A stretch of DNA of 64,000 bases from an uncultured Actinomycetes bacterium. GTDB taxonomy: Bacteria > Actinomycetota > UBA4738 > HRBIN12. Each line of letters opens with the position of its first letter. Within the stretch, counting starts at the first letter, position 1. Shown in pieces: positions 47,635 through 57,334 of this stretch. A model generated the notes under the pieces. The model saw only the letters and a program-made list of their open reading frames with translations, was not told the origin of the DNA and made no database searches. The position numbers were made by a program, and so were the translations under genes. The DNA lies in contig CAZXFA010000010.1 in assembly GCA_964640085.1 (NCBI GenBank), positions 9,805 to 73,804 on the forward strand. The letters run 5' to 3'.

Positions 47635-48759
47635 ATGGCTGGTGGAGAGGTCGTCCTCGTCGATCTGGTCAAACGCTTCGCTGACGTGACCGCCGTCGAC
47701 GGGATCGACCTGGACATGCCGCCCGGTGAGTTCTTCTCGCTGCTGGGTCCCTCGGGCTGCGGGAAGACGACCACCCTCCGGCTGATCGCTGGGTTCGAAC
47801 GACCGGACGAAGGGCAGATCCTGCTCGACGGGGTCGACATGGCCCAGACGCCGCCCCACAAGCGCAACGTGAACACCGTCTTCCAGAACTACGCGCTGTT
47901 CCCTCATCTCTCGGTGGCCGATAACGTCGGGTTCGGCCTGCGGTACAAGGACGTCACCAAGCAGGAGGCGCGGAAGAAGATCGCCGAGGCGCTCGAGCTG
48001 GTGCGCATGTCCGGGCTCGAGCGACGTCGGCCATCGCAGCTGTCGGGTGGCCAGCAGCAGCGCGTGGCGTTGGCGCGGGCGCTGGTCCTGAACCCGGCGG
48101 TCCTCCTGTTGGACGAGCCGCTCGGGGCGCTGGACGCCAAGCTGCGCAAGGCCCTGCAGATCGAGCTCAAGGCCCTCCAGGAAGAGGTGGGCGTCACGTT
48201 CGTCTACGTGACCCACGACCAGGAGGAGGCGCTCACGATGTCCGACCGCCTCGCCGTGATGAGCAACGGCCGGGTCGAGCAGGTCGGCACCCCATCGGAG
48301 GTCTACGAGGAGCCCACCACCACCTACGTGGCCGACTTCCTCGGCGTCTCGAACCTGATGGACGCGCATGCCGACGGGGCCGACACGCGGGGTCACGCGA
48401 AGCTCCGGCTGGGCGAGTTCGATCTCTCGGCCGCCCGCGGCGACACCGACGCGCTCGGCGCCGTGAAGGTGGTGATCCGCCCGGAGCGGGTCCACCTGGA
48501 GGAGGCGGGATCCGGCGGCGAGAACCGCGTGCCCGGCATGGTCGAGCGGGTCGTGTACGTCGGCTCGACGATGCAGGTCATCGTGCACCTGGCCCCCGGG
48601 CAGACCCTCCAAGCATGGATCCAGAACCGTGGCGAGGGGTTGCCGTACGCCCAGGGGCATCCGGTGGCGGTGCATCTCCCCGCCGAGGCGCTCCGCATCT
48701 TGACCGATACGATCCCCGCGGCGCCGATCGAGCAGGACGACGGCGCCGCGGTCTCGTAG
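47635..48759 (+). CDS. ABC transporter ATP-binding protein (PotA-like, spermidine/putrescine type)
   Basis: Walker A GPSGCGKTT, signature LSGGQQQRVALARAL, Walker B LLLDEPL, and a C-terminal TOBE-like domain. The alternative start is ATG 47596. Confidence 0.85.
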   Translation: MAGGEVVLVDLVKRFADVTAVDGIDLDMPPGEFFSLLGPSGCGKTTTLRLIAGFERPDEGQILLDGVDMAQTPPHKRNVNTVFQNYALFPHLSVADNVGFGLRYKDVTKQEARKKIAEALELVRMSGLERRRPSQLSGGQQQRVALARALVLNPAVLLLDEPLGALDAKLRKALQIELKALQEEVGVTFVYVTHDQEEALTMSDRLAVMSNGRVEQVGTPSEVYEEPTTTYVADFLGVSNLMDAHADGADTRGHAKLRLGEFDLSAARGDTDALGAVKVVIRPERVHLEEAGSGGENRVPGMVERVVYVGSTMQVIVHLAPGQTLQAWIQNRGEGLPYAQGHPVAVHLPAEALRILTDTIPAAPIEQDDGAAVS

Positions 48760-48765
48760 CGCCTC

Positions 48766-49701
48766 TCAGAACTCCCAGCGGGACAGCGACTCCACGCCGC
48801 CGGCCACCGTCGGATCGCGCCGACGGAACAGCCGGAGCGACAGCCCGGCGACCGTGACCGCGACGAGGGTGGCGAACAGCATGAGGCTCGCCAGTGCGTT
48901 CAGGGCGGGCGACGGCGCGAGCCGGGCCGTCGAGTACAGACGCACGGGGATCGTCACGCTGCTCTGGCCGGACACCAGGAACTGGCTGATCACGAAGTCG
49001 TCGATCGACAAGGCGAACACGATTGCGAACGCGGCGAAGATGGCGGGTGCCAGCATCGGGAGCAGGACCCGTTTGAGCGCCTCGAGTTGCGAGGCGCCCA
49101 GGTCCATCGCGGCCTCCTCGTACTGCCGACCGATCGCGAACAGGCGTCCTCGGATGATGATGACCACGAACGAGATCGAGAACGTCACGTGCCCCAGGAA
49201 CTGGGCCCAGGTGCCGAACGGCACGAAGTCGTACATGTGGGCGAACACGAGGAACAGTGCCACGCCCATCACGATCTCTGGCGTGACGAGCGGGAACAGC
49301 ATCAGGAAGTTCGCCGGCTTGGCCCCTCGTCCGCGCCAGCGGGCCAGGCCGATCGCGAGCGCGACGCCGATCGGCGTGGCCACGAGCATCGTGAGCGCGG
49401 CCAGGCGCAGGCTCTGGAGCAGGGCCAGCCACAGGGACGGGTCGTGCAGGACGGAGAGGTCGGGGTCCCCCGTGTACCAGCGCAGCGAGAACCCCTGCCA
49501 GACGCTCCGCGACCGCCCCGCGTTGAACGAGAACTGGACCGCGATCACGACCGGGGTGAGCGACCAGACGATGTACCCGACGGTGATCAGCACCAAGAAC
49601 CGGGGCCGGTTCCACGGATTCGCGAACCACCCGCGGATGCGTCCGGCGATCGTCGTCCGCGGGGCGGTGACGACCGTGGCCGCGCGCGCGTCGACGGTCA
49701 C
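48766..49701 (-). CDS. ABC transporter permease (PotC-like)
   Basis: Six TM helices and an EAA-like loop. The GTG start overlaps the stop of the upstream permease gene (GTGA). Confidence 0.8.
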   Translation of the reverse strand: MTVDARAATVVTAPRTTIAGRIRGWFANPWNRPRFLVLITVGYIVWSLTPVVIAVQFSFNAGRSRSVWQGFSLRWYTGDPDLSVLHDPSLWLALLQSLRLAALTMLVATPIGVALAIGLARWRGRGAKPANFLMLFPLVTPEIVMGVALFLVFAHMYDFVPFGTWAQFLGHVTFSISFVVIIIRGRLFAIGRQYEEAAMDLGASQLEALKRVLLPMLAPAIFAAFAIVFALSIDDFVISQFLVSGQSSVTIPVRLYSTARLAPSPALNALASLMLFATLVAVTVAGLSLRLFRRRDPTVAGGVESLSRWEF

Positions 49702-50627
49702 GTCACGGCCTCCCGGGTGGCGCGGGCCACGCTGATCAGGTAGTAGGTCATCAGCACCGCGACGAACAACATCAGGACGATGGTGAGCGCGGCGCCCTTC
49801 CCGCCTGCACTCGTGCTGCTCAGGATGAACAGGCTGATGTCGTTGCCGATCATCCGGGTGCGAGGCGACCCGGAGAGCAGATCCGGCGTGTAGTAGTCGC
49901 CGAACATGGGCAGCGTGATGATCACGGCGCCGGCGAGGATCCCCTGCTTCGAGAGGGGGAGCGTGACCCGCATGAACGCGCGGAACGGCCCGGCGCCCAG
50001 GTCCCGGGCCGCCTCGAGCACGTCCTTGTCGATCCGGTCCAGGGCCGCGTACAGGGGGAGGATGAACCAGGGGATGTACCCGTACACGAGCCCCAGGACC
50101 ACGGTCTCGTGGTGGCCGGCCAGCCAGTTCCGCGGCTCTTGGAGGAGGCCGAACGCCATGAGTAGGCTGTTCATCTGCCCGTCGACGTCGAGCACGTTTA
50201 CCCACGCGAGCATCCGCATCAGGTAGTTGATCCAGAACGGTGCCAGCAGGAGCAGGAGGAACAGACCCTTCCACCGCCCCGCCCGACGGGCGACGAAGTA
50301 GGAGACGGGGTAGCCGATCAGGATGCACAGGCCGCTGGCGGCGACCACGTACGCGATCGTCCGCAGGAAGGTCGGCCCGAGCGGCCCGCCGAAGATGTCT
50401 CGGAACACGTCCCCGAACACCGAGGGATCCCAGTAGTAGGGATTGAACTCGGGGACCGCCGACAGGAAGATCGGATCCAGCCGGCCCATCGCGACCGCGA
50501 AGATCGCGTAGAAGGGCATGACGAACAGGAGCAGCAACCACAGGACCCCCGGGACCGACAGGCCCTTCCACAGCGTCGGATGCTCGCCGACGATCCCGGT
50601 CCGCGCGACGATCCTGCTCCCGGCCAC
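49698..50627 (-). CDS. ABC transporter permease (PotB-like)
   Basis: Permease fold with an EAA motif region (LDRIDKDVLEAARDLGAGPFRAF). Confidence 0.8.
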   Translation of the reverse strand: MAGSRIVARTGIVGEHPTLWKGLSVPGVLWLLLLFVMPFYAIFAVAMGRLDPIFLSAVPEFNPYYWDPSVFGDVFRDIFGGPLGPTFLRTIAYVVAASGLCILIGYPVSYFVARRAGRWKGLFLLLLLAPFWINYLMRMLAWVNVLDVDGQMNSLLMAFGLLQEPRNWLAGHHETVVLGLVYGYIPWFILPLYAALDRIDKDVLEAARDLGAGPFRAFMRVTLPLSKQGILAGAVIITLPMFGDYYTPDLLSGSPRTRMIGNDISLFILSSTSAGGKGAALTIVLMLFVAVLMTYYLISVARATREAVT

Positions 50628-50680
50628 GGGCTCCTACCGGCCCCCGGTACCTTGCACGCGCCCTTGAGCCCCGTCCGTCG

Positions 50681-52012
50681 TCAGCCGGCCTGGACGCGCG
50701 ACCAGGCGTCGAGCCACATGAGCTCGGCCTCGGGGGTTAGCTCGCGGGGGATGATCGCCATCGGCTGCTCGAAGTCCTCCTGCCGCACGATCGCGGAGGA
50801 CAGCCACTCGGCTACCCACCCGTCGGCGACCAGCCCGTCGGGATCCAGACCGGTCTGCGGCGGCTGGTAGCCCACCCAGCCGAAGTTGTCCACGGCGTTC
50901 TTCTCCTCGAGCATGAAGTTCAGGAACGCGTGTGCGAGCACCGGGTTCTGTGCTCCCTTCACGATCGCCAGGCAGTCGTTGCCGATCAGGCCGCCGACGG
51001 TCGAGCCCGACATGTTCGGCGGCCATGCGTACCGAGCCACGGCGGGATCGTCCCCCTCGGGGAAGTAGTAGGGGGTGGCGACCATGTCACCGGACCACGC
51101 GTGGTGCAAGCCGAACTTGCCCTCCGGGAGCTTCGCATAGGCACCGTCGATCGTGAACCGCAGGTTCATCGTCCGCACCGCTTCCACGACCGCGTCCGCC
51201 GCCGCGGAGATCTCGGCCTCGCCCGCGCCGAACGGATCGGCAACGCCGTTCCGGGCCATCGCGGCGGCCAGCGTCTCCTCGAAGTCGTCGTACATCCCCG
51301 TGATGCCCTGGTACTTCGTGTTCCAGAACACGTCCCACGGGTTCGACGTCTCCACATCGGCCGAGTCGACCAAGTCGGTGCGCCAGCCGATCCCGGTTTG
51401 GTACACGGTGTACGGAACCGAATAGCGCGATCCCTGGTCGTAGAAGGGGTTGGCGAGCGTGGGCCACACGTTGGCCTGGAGGTTCGTCAGGTAATCGTGG
51501 TTCAGCGGCTGGAGCAGACGGCCGGCCACGATCTTGCCGATGTTCTCCGAGGTCGGGAAGAAGACGTCGACCTGGAGCTCGCCCGTCTGGAGCTTCCGGA
51601 ACGCCTCTTCCATGTTGTAGAAGGTCGTGAGTTCGACCTCCACGCCGAACTCCTCACCGAACCGCCTGTAGACCCGTGGCCACAGGTAGTCGGCCCAGTT
51701 GTAGATCCGCAGGGGCCCGGCCTCGGGCTCGAGCCCCGAGGCGATCGGCGGGTTGTCGTCGAAGATCGGCTGCTCGACCGGGTTGTCCGGGGTCCCCACC
51801 AGGACGCCCGGGGTCTCCGGTCCCGTCTCGCCGCCGCCTCCGGTCGCGCCCGTCTGACCCGGTTCGACCGTCGTGTCCGGCTCCCGCTCGCCGCACGCCG
51901 CCAGGATCGCGCTCAACGAGGGGAGCGCCACCGCCGCGCCCATGGACCTCCGCAGGAACTGCCGACGGTCGAGTCGGCTCCCCAGGAAGGGGTCTCGAGG
52001 GTGGTACGCCAT
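50681..52012 (-). CDS. ABC transporter substrate-binding lipoprotein (PotD/PotF-like polyamine-binding family)
   Basis: Tat/Sec-like signal (RRQFLRRSMGAAVALPSLSAILAAC) and an SBP fold. Confidence 0.8.
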   Translation of the reverse strand: MAYHPRDPFLGSRLDRRQFLRRSMGAAVALPSLSAILAACGEREPDTTVEPGQTGATGGGGETGPETPGVLVGTPDNPVEQPIFDDNPPIASGLEPEAGPLRIYNWADYLWPRVYRRFGEEFGVEVELTTFYNMEEAFRKLQTGELQVDVFFPTSENIGKIVAGRLLQPLNHDYLTNLQANVWPTLANPFYDQGSRYSVPYTVYQTGIGWRTDLVDSADVETSNPWDVFWNTKYQGITGMYDDFEETLAAAMARNGVADPFGAGEAEISAAADAVVEAVRTMNLRFTIDGAYAKLPEGKFGLHHAWSGDMVATPYYFPEGDDPAVARYAWPPNMSGSTVGGLIGNDCLAIVKGAQNPVLAHAFLNFMLEEKNAVDNFGWVGYQPPQTGLDPDGLVADGWVAEWLSSAIVRQEDFEQPMAIIPRELTPEAELMWLDAWSRVQAG

Positions 52013-52150
52013 GTCATCTGCCTCCTCGGTCCGAGCGGGCGGGCGCGAGCCTTTGACTCAGGGTTCAAACCTTGCCACAGGCGACCGGGTCACCGCAAGG
52101 CAGCCCGCTCCTGAACCGCGCTTCAGCGTGGCCGGTATGATGCAGCCCGC

Positions 52151-52984
52151 ATGGCCCCCTCGATCCCGGAATCGCCGCTGCTCGTCGAGGATCTCGGCCC
52201 GATCCGCCGGCTCACGCTCAACCGCCCCGCCTCCCTGAACGCGCTCAACGGCGAGCTGATGGACGCGCTGCTGGCCGCCATCGAGGGGTCCGCCGACGAT
52301 GGGTCGGTCCGCGTCGTGATCCTCCGCGGGGCGGGGCGGGCCTTCTGCGCCGGCTACGACCTCAACGAGGACGCCGCCGGTGGGCGGATGGACTCGGCCG
52401 AGTGGCACCGCGTGCTCAAGCACGACAACGATCGGATGCTGCGGATCTGGGAGCATCCGAAGCCCGTGATGGCCAGCGTCCACGGCTACTGCCTGGCCGG
52501 CGGGACCGACCTCATGCTCGCCTGCGATCTGGCCGTCGCCGCCGATGACGCGATGTTCGGGTACGTGGACGTCCGGTTCGGGTCCGGGGTGGTCTCGATG
52601 TTCCTGCCTTGGGTGGTCGGTGCCCGAGCCGCCAAGGAGCTGCTGCTCACGGGCGAGGACCGGGTTCCCGCCTCCGAGGCGCTCCGGTTCGGGCTGGTGA
52701 ACCGGGTGGTTCCCCGGGACGAGCTCGACGCGGCCACCCTGGCGCTGGCCCAGGAGATCGCCAAGAACGAGCCTTGGGTCGTGCAGGCGACCAAGCGCTC
52801 GGTGAACCGGGCGTGGGAGGTGGCCGGGTTCCGCGAAGCGATGGAGGCCAACGTCGAGATCGACGTGATGATCGAGGCTGCGAACCTCCCGGCCCGGGAC
52901 GACTTCCGCCGAATCACGCAGGAGCAGGGTCTCAAGGCGGCGATCGCCTGGCGAGACGCGCGGTACCGCGAGGGGAACCCGTGA
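52151..52984 (+). CDS. enoyl-CoA hydratase/isomerase (crotonase) family protein
   Basis: ILRGAGRAFCAGYDLNE oxyanion-hole motif and a crotonase fold. Confidence 0.85.
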   Translation: MAPSIPESPLLVEDLGPIRRLTLNRPASLNALNGELMDALLAAIEGSADDGSVRVVILRGAGRAFCAGYDLNEDAAGGRMDSAEWHRVLKHDNDRMLRIWEHPKPVMASVHGYCLAGGTDLMLACDLAVAADDAMFGYVDVRFGSGVVSMFLPWVVGARAAKELLLTGEDRVPASEALRFGLVNRVVPRDELDAATLALAQEIAKNEPWVVQATKRSVNRAWEVAGFREAMEANVEIDVMIEAANLPARDDFRRITQEQGLKAAIAWRDARYREGNP

Positions 52985-55086
52985 CCGCTTGGGATCTCGG
53001 CGCGCTCCTCGCGCCGAGGTCGATCGCCATCGTCGGCGCCTCCGAGTCGCCCGATTCGTGGGCGCCCGAGATCCATCGCTCCCTCCGGCATCTCGGGTTC
53101 GACGGGGAGCTGTACCCGATCAACCCGAAGTACGACGAGGTCTGGGGACGACCGTGTCTCGGCGGGATCGCCGAGCTGCCGCCGGGCGGCGTCGACCTGC
53201 TCGTGTTCGTGATCCCGGCCCGGGCGGTGGTCCGGATGATCGACGACTGTTCCCGAGCTGGGGTGCGCTCGATCATGGTCGTGTCCTCGGGGTTCGCCGA
53301 GGCGGGCGAAGGCGGGAAGGCGCTCCAGGAGGAGCTCCGAGGGGCCGCCCTCCGGAACCGGATCCCCATCCTCGGACCCAACGTGGAAGGGTTCGTGAAC
53401 CACGTCGACGGCGTGGCACCGTACGGGACGACGCCGCCGCCCGAGCCGATCCCGGGCTCGATCTCGGTGATCAGCCAGAGCGGGACGGTCGCCTGGACGA
53501 TGGGACAGCTCGCCTCCGACCGCGGCGTGGGCCTGCGGATCCTGCTCGGCGTGGGGAACGAGGCGGTCCTCGGGCTCGGCGAGATGTTCGAGTGGGCCGC
53601 GGAGGATCGGCACACGCGGGTGGTCGCCTCCTACCTGGAGACGATGCGAGACGTGGAGGCCATCGGTCGCGGGCTCGATGCGCTCCGCGCGGCAACGGTC
53701 CCCGTCCTCGTGTGCGCGCCCGCGGGTCGGAGCGAGGCCGCCCGGCGCTCGATCGTCGCCCACACCGGGGCGCTGGCGGGCAACACGGCCCTGCGCGACG
53801 CGTGGCTGGGCGGTCGGGGCGCGATCCTGGTCGAGGATCCGGTGACGATGTTCGAGGCCGCTGTCCTGCTCACGTACCATCGCAGGCTGCGGACGCACGG
53901 TGTGGCGGCGGCGCTCCAGTCCGGCGGGGCCTGCACGTTGTTCGCGGAGGCCAGCGGAGCCCAGGCGCTCTCCCTCCCCGAGCTGGCGCCGGCGACCAGG
54001 GCGAAGCTCCGACAGGCTCTGCCGCACTTCGCCTCGCAGAACAACCCGCTCGACGTCACGGGCCAGGCGGCGGTGGAGACCGAGATGTTCGCCGGCGCGC
54101 TCGAGGCGCTTGCCGAGGATCCACAGGTGGGCTTCGTGGCCTTCGACGCGTTCCCCCCTCGACTGGAGGACGAGGGGGTGTGGGCGGAGCCCGTGCTCCG
54201 AGCGGCCCGGGAGCTCCAGCGGAGGACGGGGGTCGTGTTCGCCTCGGTCGCGATGAGCGCCCTGTCCTACGGCACCGCTGCCCGGCGCTTCGTGGAGCGC
54301 GCCCGGCTCCCCTTCCTCCAGGGTCATCGGGCGACCGCCGGTGCGATCCGCGCGCTCGTCGATCTCCAAGGGGTGCGCCGGCGGGCGGTCGTGGACCTCC
54401 CTCCCCATCCGAACCGGACGAAGGCGCTGCGGGTGCTTCGGGGACGCTCGGGCCCGCTCGACGAGGCGCTCGGGGCCCGGCTGCTCGAGCTCTACGGCGT
54501 GCGGCGCCCGAGGGAGGTCGTGGTGCGGACCCCGGAAGCCGCGGCTCGAGCCGCCCGCTCGCTGGGGTTCCCGGTGGCGGTGAAGGCCCTCGCCGCCGAG
54601 CTGCCGCACAAGGCAAAGCTCGGCGGGGTCCGGCTCGGCCTGTCGAACGCGACGGACGTCGAGGTCGCCGCCGCCGAGGTCCTCCAGGCGGCCCGTCGGG
54701 CTGGCGCCAGGACGCCGCGGACGCTCGTCCAGCGGATGGCGAGCGGGGCCGAGGTCCTGGTCGGTGCCGTGGTCGACGATCGGTTCGGCGCCCTGGTGAC
54801 GGCTCGTCCGGGCGGGGCGGTGGCCGAGGCGGGGAGCGCGGTGTTCGTCCCGGCACCCCTCACACCCGCGCAGGCTCGCCGCTACGCCGAGGAGCAGGGC
54901 GCCCGGTGCGGGCTCGACCTGCAGCGCCACGACGTGCGGGCCTTCGCTCGCGCGCTGACCGGGATCGCGCGGGCGGCGCACGACCTGCGCGACCGGTTGG
55001 CCTCGCTGGAGGCCAATCCTCTGCTGGTCGGGGAGCGGGGGGCGGTCGCCGTGGACGCGCTGGCCGAGGCCCGGTCGCCCCGGTGA
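52981..55086 (+). CDS. ADP-forming acyl-CoA (acetate--CoA) ligase, fused alpha/beta subunits (CoA-binding, CoA-ligase and ATP-grasp domains)
   Basis: SIAIVGASESPDSWAPEI (CoA-binding), PILGPNVEGFVN, and a C-terminal ATP-grasp. GTG 52981 overlaps the crotonase stop (GTGA) with SD GAGGGG. Confidence 0.85.
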   Translation: MTAWDLGALLAPRSIAIVGASESPDSWAPEIHRSLRHLGFDGELYPINPKYDEVWGRPCLGGIAELPPGGVDLLVFVIPARAVVRMIDDCSRAGVRSIMVVSSGFAEAGEGGKALQEELRGAALRNRIPILGPNVEGFVNHVDGVAPYGTTPPPEPIPGSISVISQSGTVAWTMGQLASDRGVGLRILLGVGNEAVLGLGEMFEWAAEDRHTRVVASYLETMRDVEAIGRGLDALRAATVPVLVCAPAGRSEAARRSIVAHTGALAGNTALRDAWLGGRGAILVEDPVTMFEAAVLLTYHRRLRTHGVAAALQSGGACTLFAEASGAQALSLPELAPATRAKLRQALPHFASQNNPLDVTGQAAVETEMFAGALEALAEDPQVGFVAFDAFPPRLEDEGVWAEPVLRAARELQRRTGVVFASVAMSALSYGTAARRFVERARLPFLQGHRATAGAIRALVDLQGVRRRAVVDLPPHPNRTKALRVLRGRSGPLDEALGARLLELYGVRRPREVVVRTPEAAARAARSLGFPVAVKALAAELPHKAKLGGVRLGLSNATDVEVAAAEVLQAARRAGARTPRTLVQRMASGAEVLVGAVVDDRFGALVTARPGGAVAEAGSAVFVPAPLTPAQARRYAEEQGARCGLDLQRHDVRAFARALTGIARAAHDLRDRLASLEANPLLVGERGAVAVDALAEARSPR

Positions 55087-55937
55087 TCTTCGGGCTCGGC
55101 GCCGCGATCGGCTGGGGGCTGGCCGACCTGTTCGCGGCCCTGTCCGGGCGCCGGATCGGCTCCTGGGCCACGGTGGCCATCGCGCAGGTCGCCTCGGCCC
55201 TCCTCGTCGGCGGCGTCCTCCTGCTCGTCGGTCCCGACCTCGGCGACCTGCGACGCGTGGCGGGCTGGCTGGTCCCGAGCGCCCTGCTGGCCGGCATCGC
55301 GTACGTGTCGCTCTACCGCGCCCTCGAGCTCGGCCCGATCGCCGTGGTCTCCCCGGTCTTGGCGGCCTACGCCGTGATCCCCGTGCTGCTCGCCGTGATG
55401 CTCTTGAGCGAGACCCTTTCCGGGGTCCAGCTCGTCGGGGTGGTCGTGACGATCGCGGGCGCGATCCTGACCTCGACGGACCTGCGCGCGCTGCGCGCGG
55501 GCACCCATCGCATGCCGCCCGGGCTGCGATGGGCAGTCGTTTCGACGTTGCTCTTCGGCGTGGCGGCCTACGTGTTCGCCTGGGCCTCGCAGCGCGCTGG
55601 CTGGCTCCCGGCGATGTGGCTCTCCCGGACCTCGTCCGCGGTCCTGCTCCTCGTGATCGCCGCGGTGATCCGAGGACGCGGAGGAACCACGCTGGCGACG
55701 GCGTCGTCGGGACCGGCGCTGGGTCTGGCCGCGTTGGTGGGCGTGATCGACCTCTCCGGCACGATGGCGTACGCACGCGGCGCGGAGGTCGGCCTCGTCT
55801 CGATCGTGACGGCGATCTCGGCCACCTACCCGATCGTGCCGGTGTTCGGCGGGGTCGCGCTGTTCCGGGAACGCCCCGCCCCGAACCAGTACCTGGGGGT
55901 CGCGATGGTGGTGGCGGGTCTCGTCCTGTTGGGGTGA
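55083..55937 (+). CDS. EamA/DMT-family transporter
   Basis: Ten TM helices in two EamA repeats. The GTG start overlaps the ACD gene stop. Confidence 0.7.
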   Translation: MIFGLGAAIGWGLADLFAALSGRRIGSWATVAIAQVASALLVGGVLLLVGPDLGDLRRVAGWLVPSALLAGIAYVSLYRALELGPIAVVSPVLAAYAVIPVLLAVMLLSETLSGVQLVGVVVTIAGAILTSTDLRALRAGTHRMPPGLRWAVVSTLLFGVAAYVFAWASQRAGWLPAMWLSRTSSAVLLLVIAAVIRGRGGTTLATASSGPALGLAALVGVIDLSGTMAYARGAEVGLVSIVTAISATYPIVPVFGGVALFRERPAPNQYLGVAMVVAGLVLLG

Positions 55938-55960
55938 GAGCTCGGCCGAGTCCCGTGGTA

Positions 55961-56437
55961 TCAGCCGCCCGGCTTGGTGATCTCCGCGGTCTCCGCGGCA
56001 AGAACCGCGACCAGGTCGGCGCCGGCCACGTGCAGGTTGATCCCGTGCCCACCTCCGCCGATCGCGACCCGGTCGAGCCGCGGGATGCCGGAGTCCGCGA
56101 TCACCGGCCACGGCCGCGCCGCGCCGAACGGCGTGATCGTCCCACGCTCGTAGCCGGTGGCGGCCTTCGCCTCCTCGGCGTCGGGGAGCGAGAGGCGGTT
56201 CACCCCCAGGTGCGCGCGCAGCTTCGGCCAGTCGATCTGTCGGCCGCCCGGGACCAGGACGAACACGTAGTCGTCCTCGCCGCGGCGGACCACGATCGTG
56301 CGCAAGAGCTGTTCGAGGCCGATGCCCTGGAACTTCGCGCTCTCCTCGGCCGATCGCGCCCGCCGCGTTCGGACCACCTCGAACGCGAGATCCGTTCCTT
56401 CCAGCGCCAGCAGGGCCGGGGTGTCGGGCTGGTTCAT
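55961..56437 (-). CDS. YbaK/ProX-type aminoacyl-tRNA deacylase (Cys/Pro-tRNA editing domain)
   Basis: 158 aa with a YbaK fold (FVLVPGGRQIDWPKLRAHLG...GTITPFG). The ATG overlaps the upstream hydrolase stop. Confidence 0.7.
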   Translation of the reverse strand: MNQPDTPALLALEGTDLAFEVVRTRRARSAEESAKFQGIGLEQLLRTIVVRRGEDDYVFVLVPGGRQIDWPKLRAHLGVNRLSLPDAEEAKAATGYERGTITPFGAARPWPVIADSGIPRLDRVAIGGGGHGINLHVAGADLVAVLAAETAEITKPGG

Positions 56438-57243
56438 GCCGATACGGTAGCGTCGAGCCAGCGGGCGAGCGGGTCGAACCCTTCACGGATCAGGAACTGA
56501 TGACCGCCCGACGGAACCTCGATCCGCTCGGCGTGGGGGAGGAGGGACGCCCACCGGCCGACGGCGTCGGCGAGCACCGTCCGGTCGTCCCGCGCCTGGG
56601 CGAGCAGGACGGCGCATAGGGCGAGTCCGTCGCGAACGCGCTCGAGCTCGTCGTCCATGTCGGGATCGTGGAGGAGCCACCACATCGTGGGGGCCCGGGC
56701 ACGGAGCCGCTGTCGCCCGTAGTCGAGCGCGATCGGCCCCGGGTACCCGCGGACGACCCCGACGGGCAGGGACAGGAGCGGTACCAGCAGACGTATCCCC
56801 CGGGCGGCCAGGCGCATCCCTCGCGGCGGTCGTCCTTCCCGCATCCACGCGTGCCTCCCATCGGCCGACGGGAACGGCGCGGCGGCGAGCGCGAGCGCCC
56901 GGACGCGTCCGGCGTGCCTGGCCGCCCACAGGGCCGCCAGGGTCCCCCCGATCGAGTGGCCCACCACCGCCACCGCCTCCTCGACCCCGGGCGCGGCGTC
57001 CAGGTTCGCGAGGTGGAACGTCCGGTCGTAGCTCGCGTGGCGGGGCTTGGCCGAGCCACCGAACCCGGCCAGATCCGGCGCCACGACCTGGTAGCGATCG
57101 CGGACGAGATCGACCAGCCCCTGCCAGTAGCGGCCCGATCCGCCCAGGCCGTGGACGGCCAGCACCGTCGGACCGGAGCCCGTCGCCCAGACGCGCATCC
57201 GGCCCCAGGGACGTTCGACCCAGCTCGCTCGCAGATCCCCCAC
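56434..57243 (-). CDS. alpha/beta hydrolase
   Basis: VLAVHGLGGSGRYW and the nucleophile elbow GHSIGG. Confidence 0.75.
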   Translation of the reverse strand: MGDLRASWVERPWGRMRVWATGSGPTVLAVHGLGGSGRYWQGLVDLVRDRYQVVAPDLAGFGGSAKPRHASYDRTFHLANLDAAPGVEEAVAVVGHSIGGTLAALWAARHAGRVRALALAAAPFPSADGRHAWMREGRPPRGMRLAARGIRLLVPLLSLPVGVVRGYPGPIALDYGRQRLRARAPTMWWLLHDPDMDDELERVRDGLALCAVLLAQARDDRTVLADAVGRWASLLPHAERIEVPSGGHQFLIREGFDPLARWLDATVSA

Positions 57244-57334
57244 GGCGGGCGGAGTCTACGCGTCGGCGCGCTCCCGCTCGCCGGGGGACCGCGCACCGGG
57301 GTAGCGTTCGAGCCTCGTTTGGGAGGGAGGGAGG

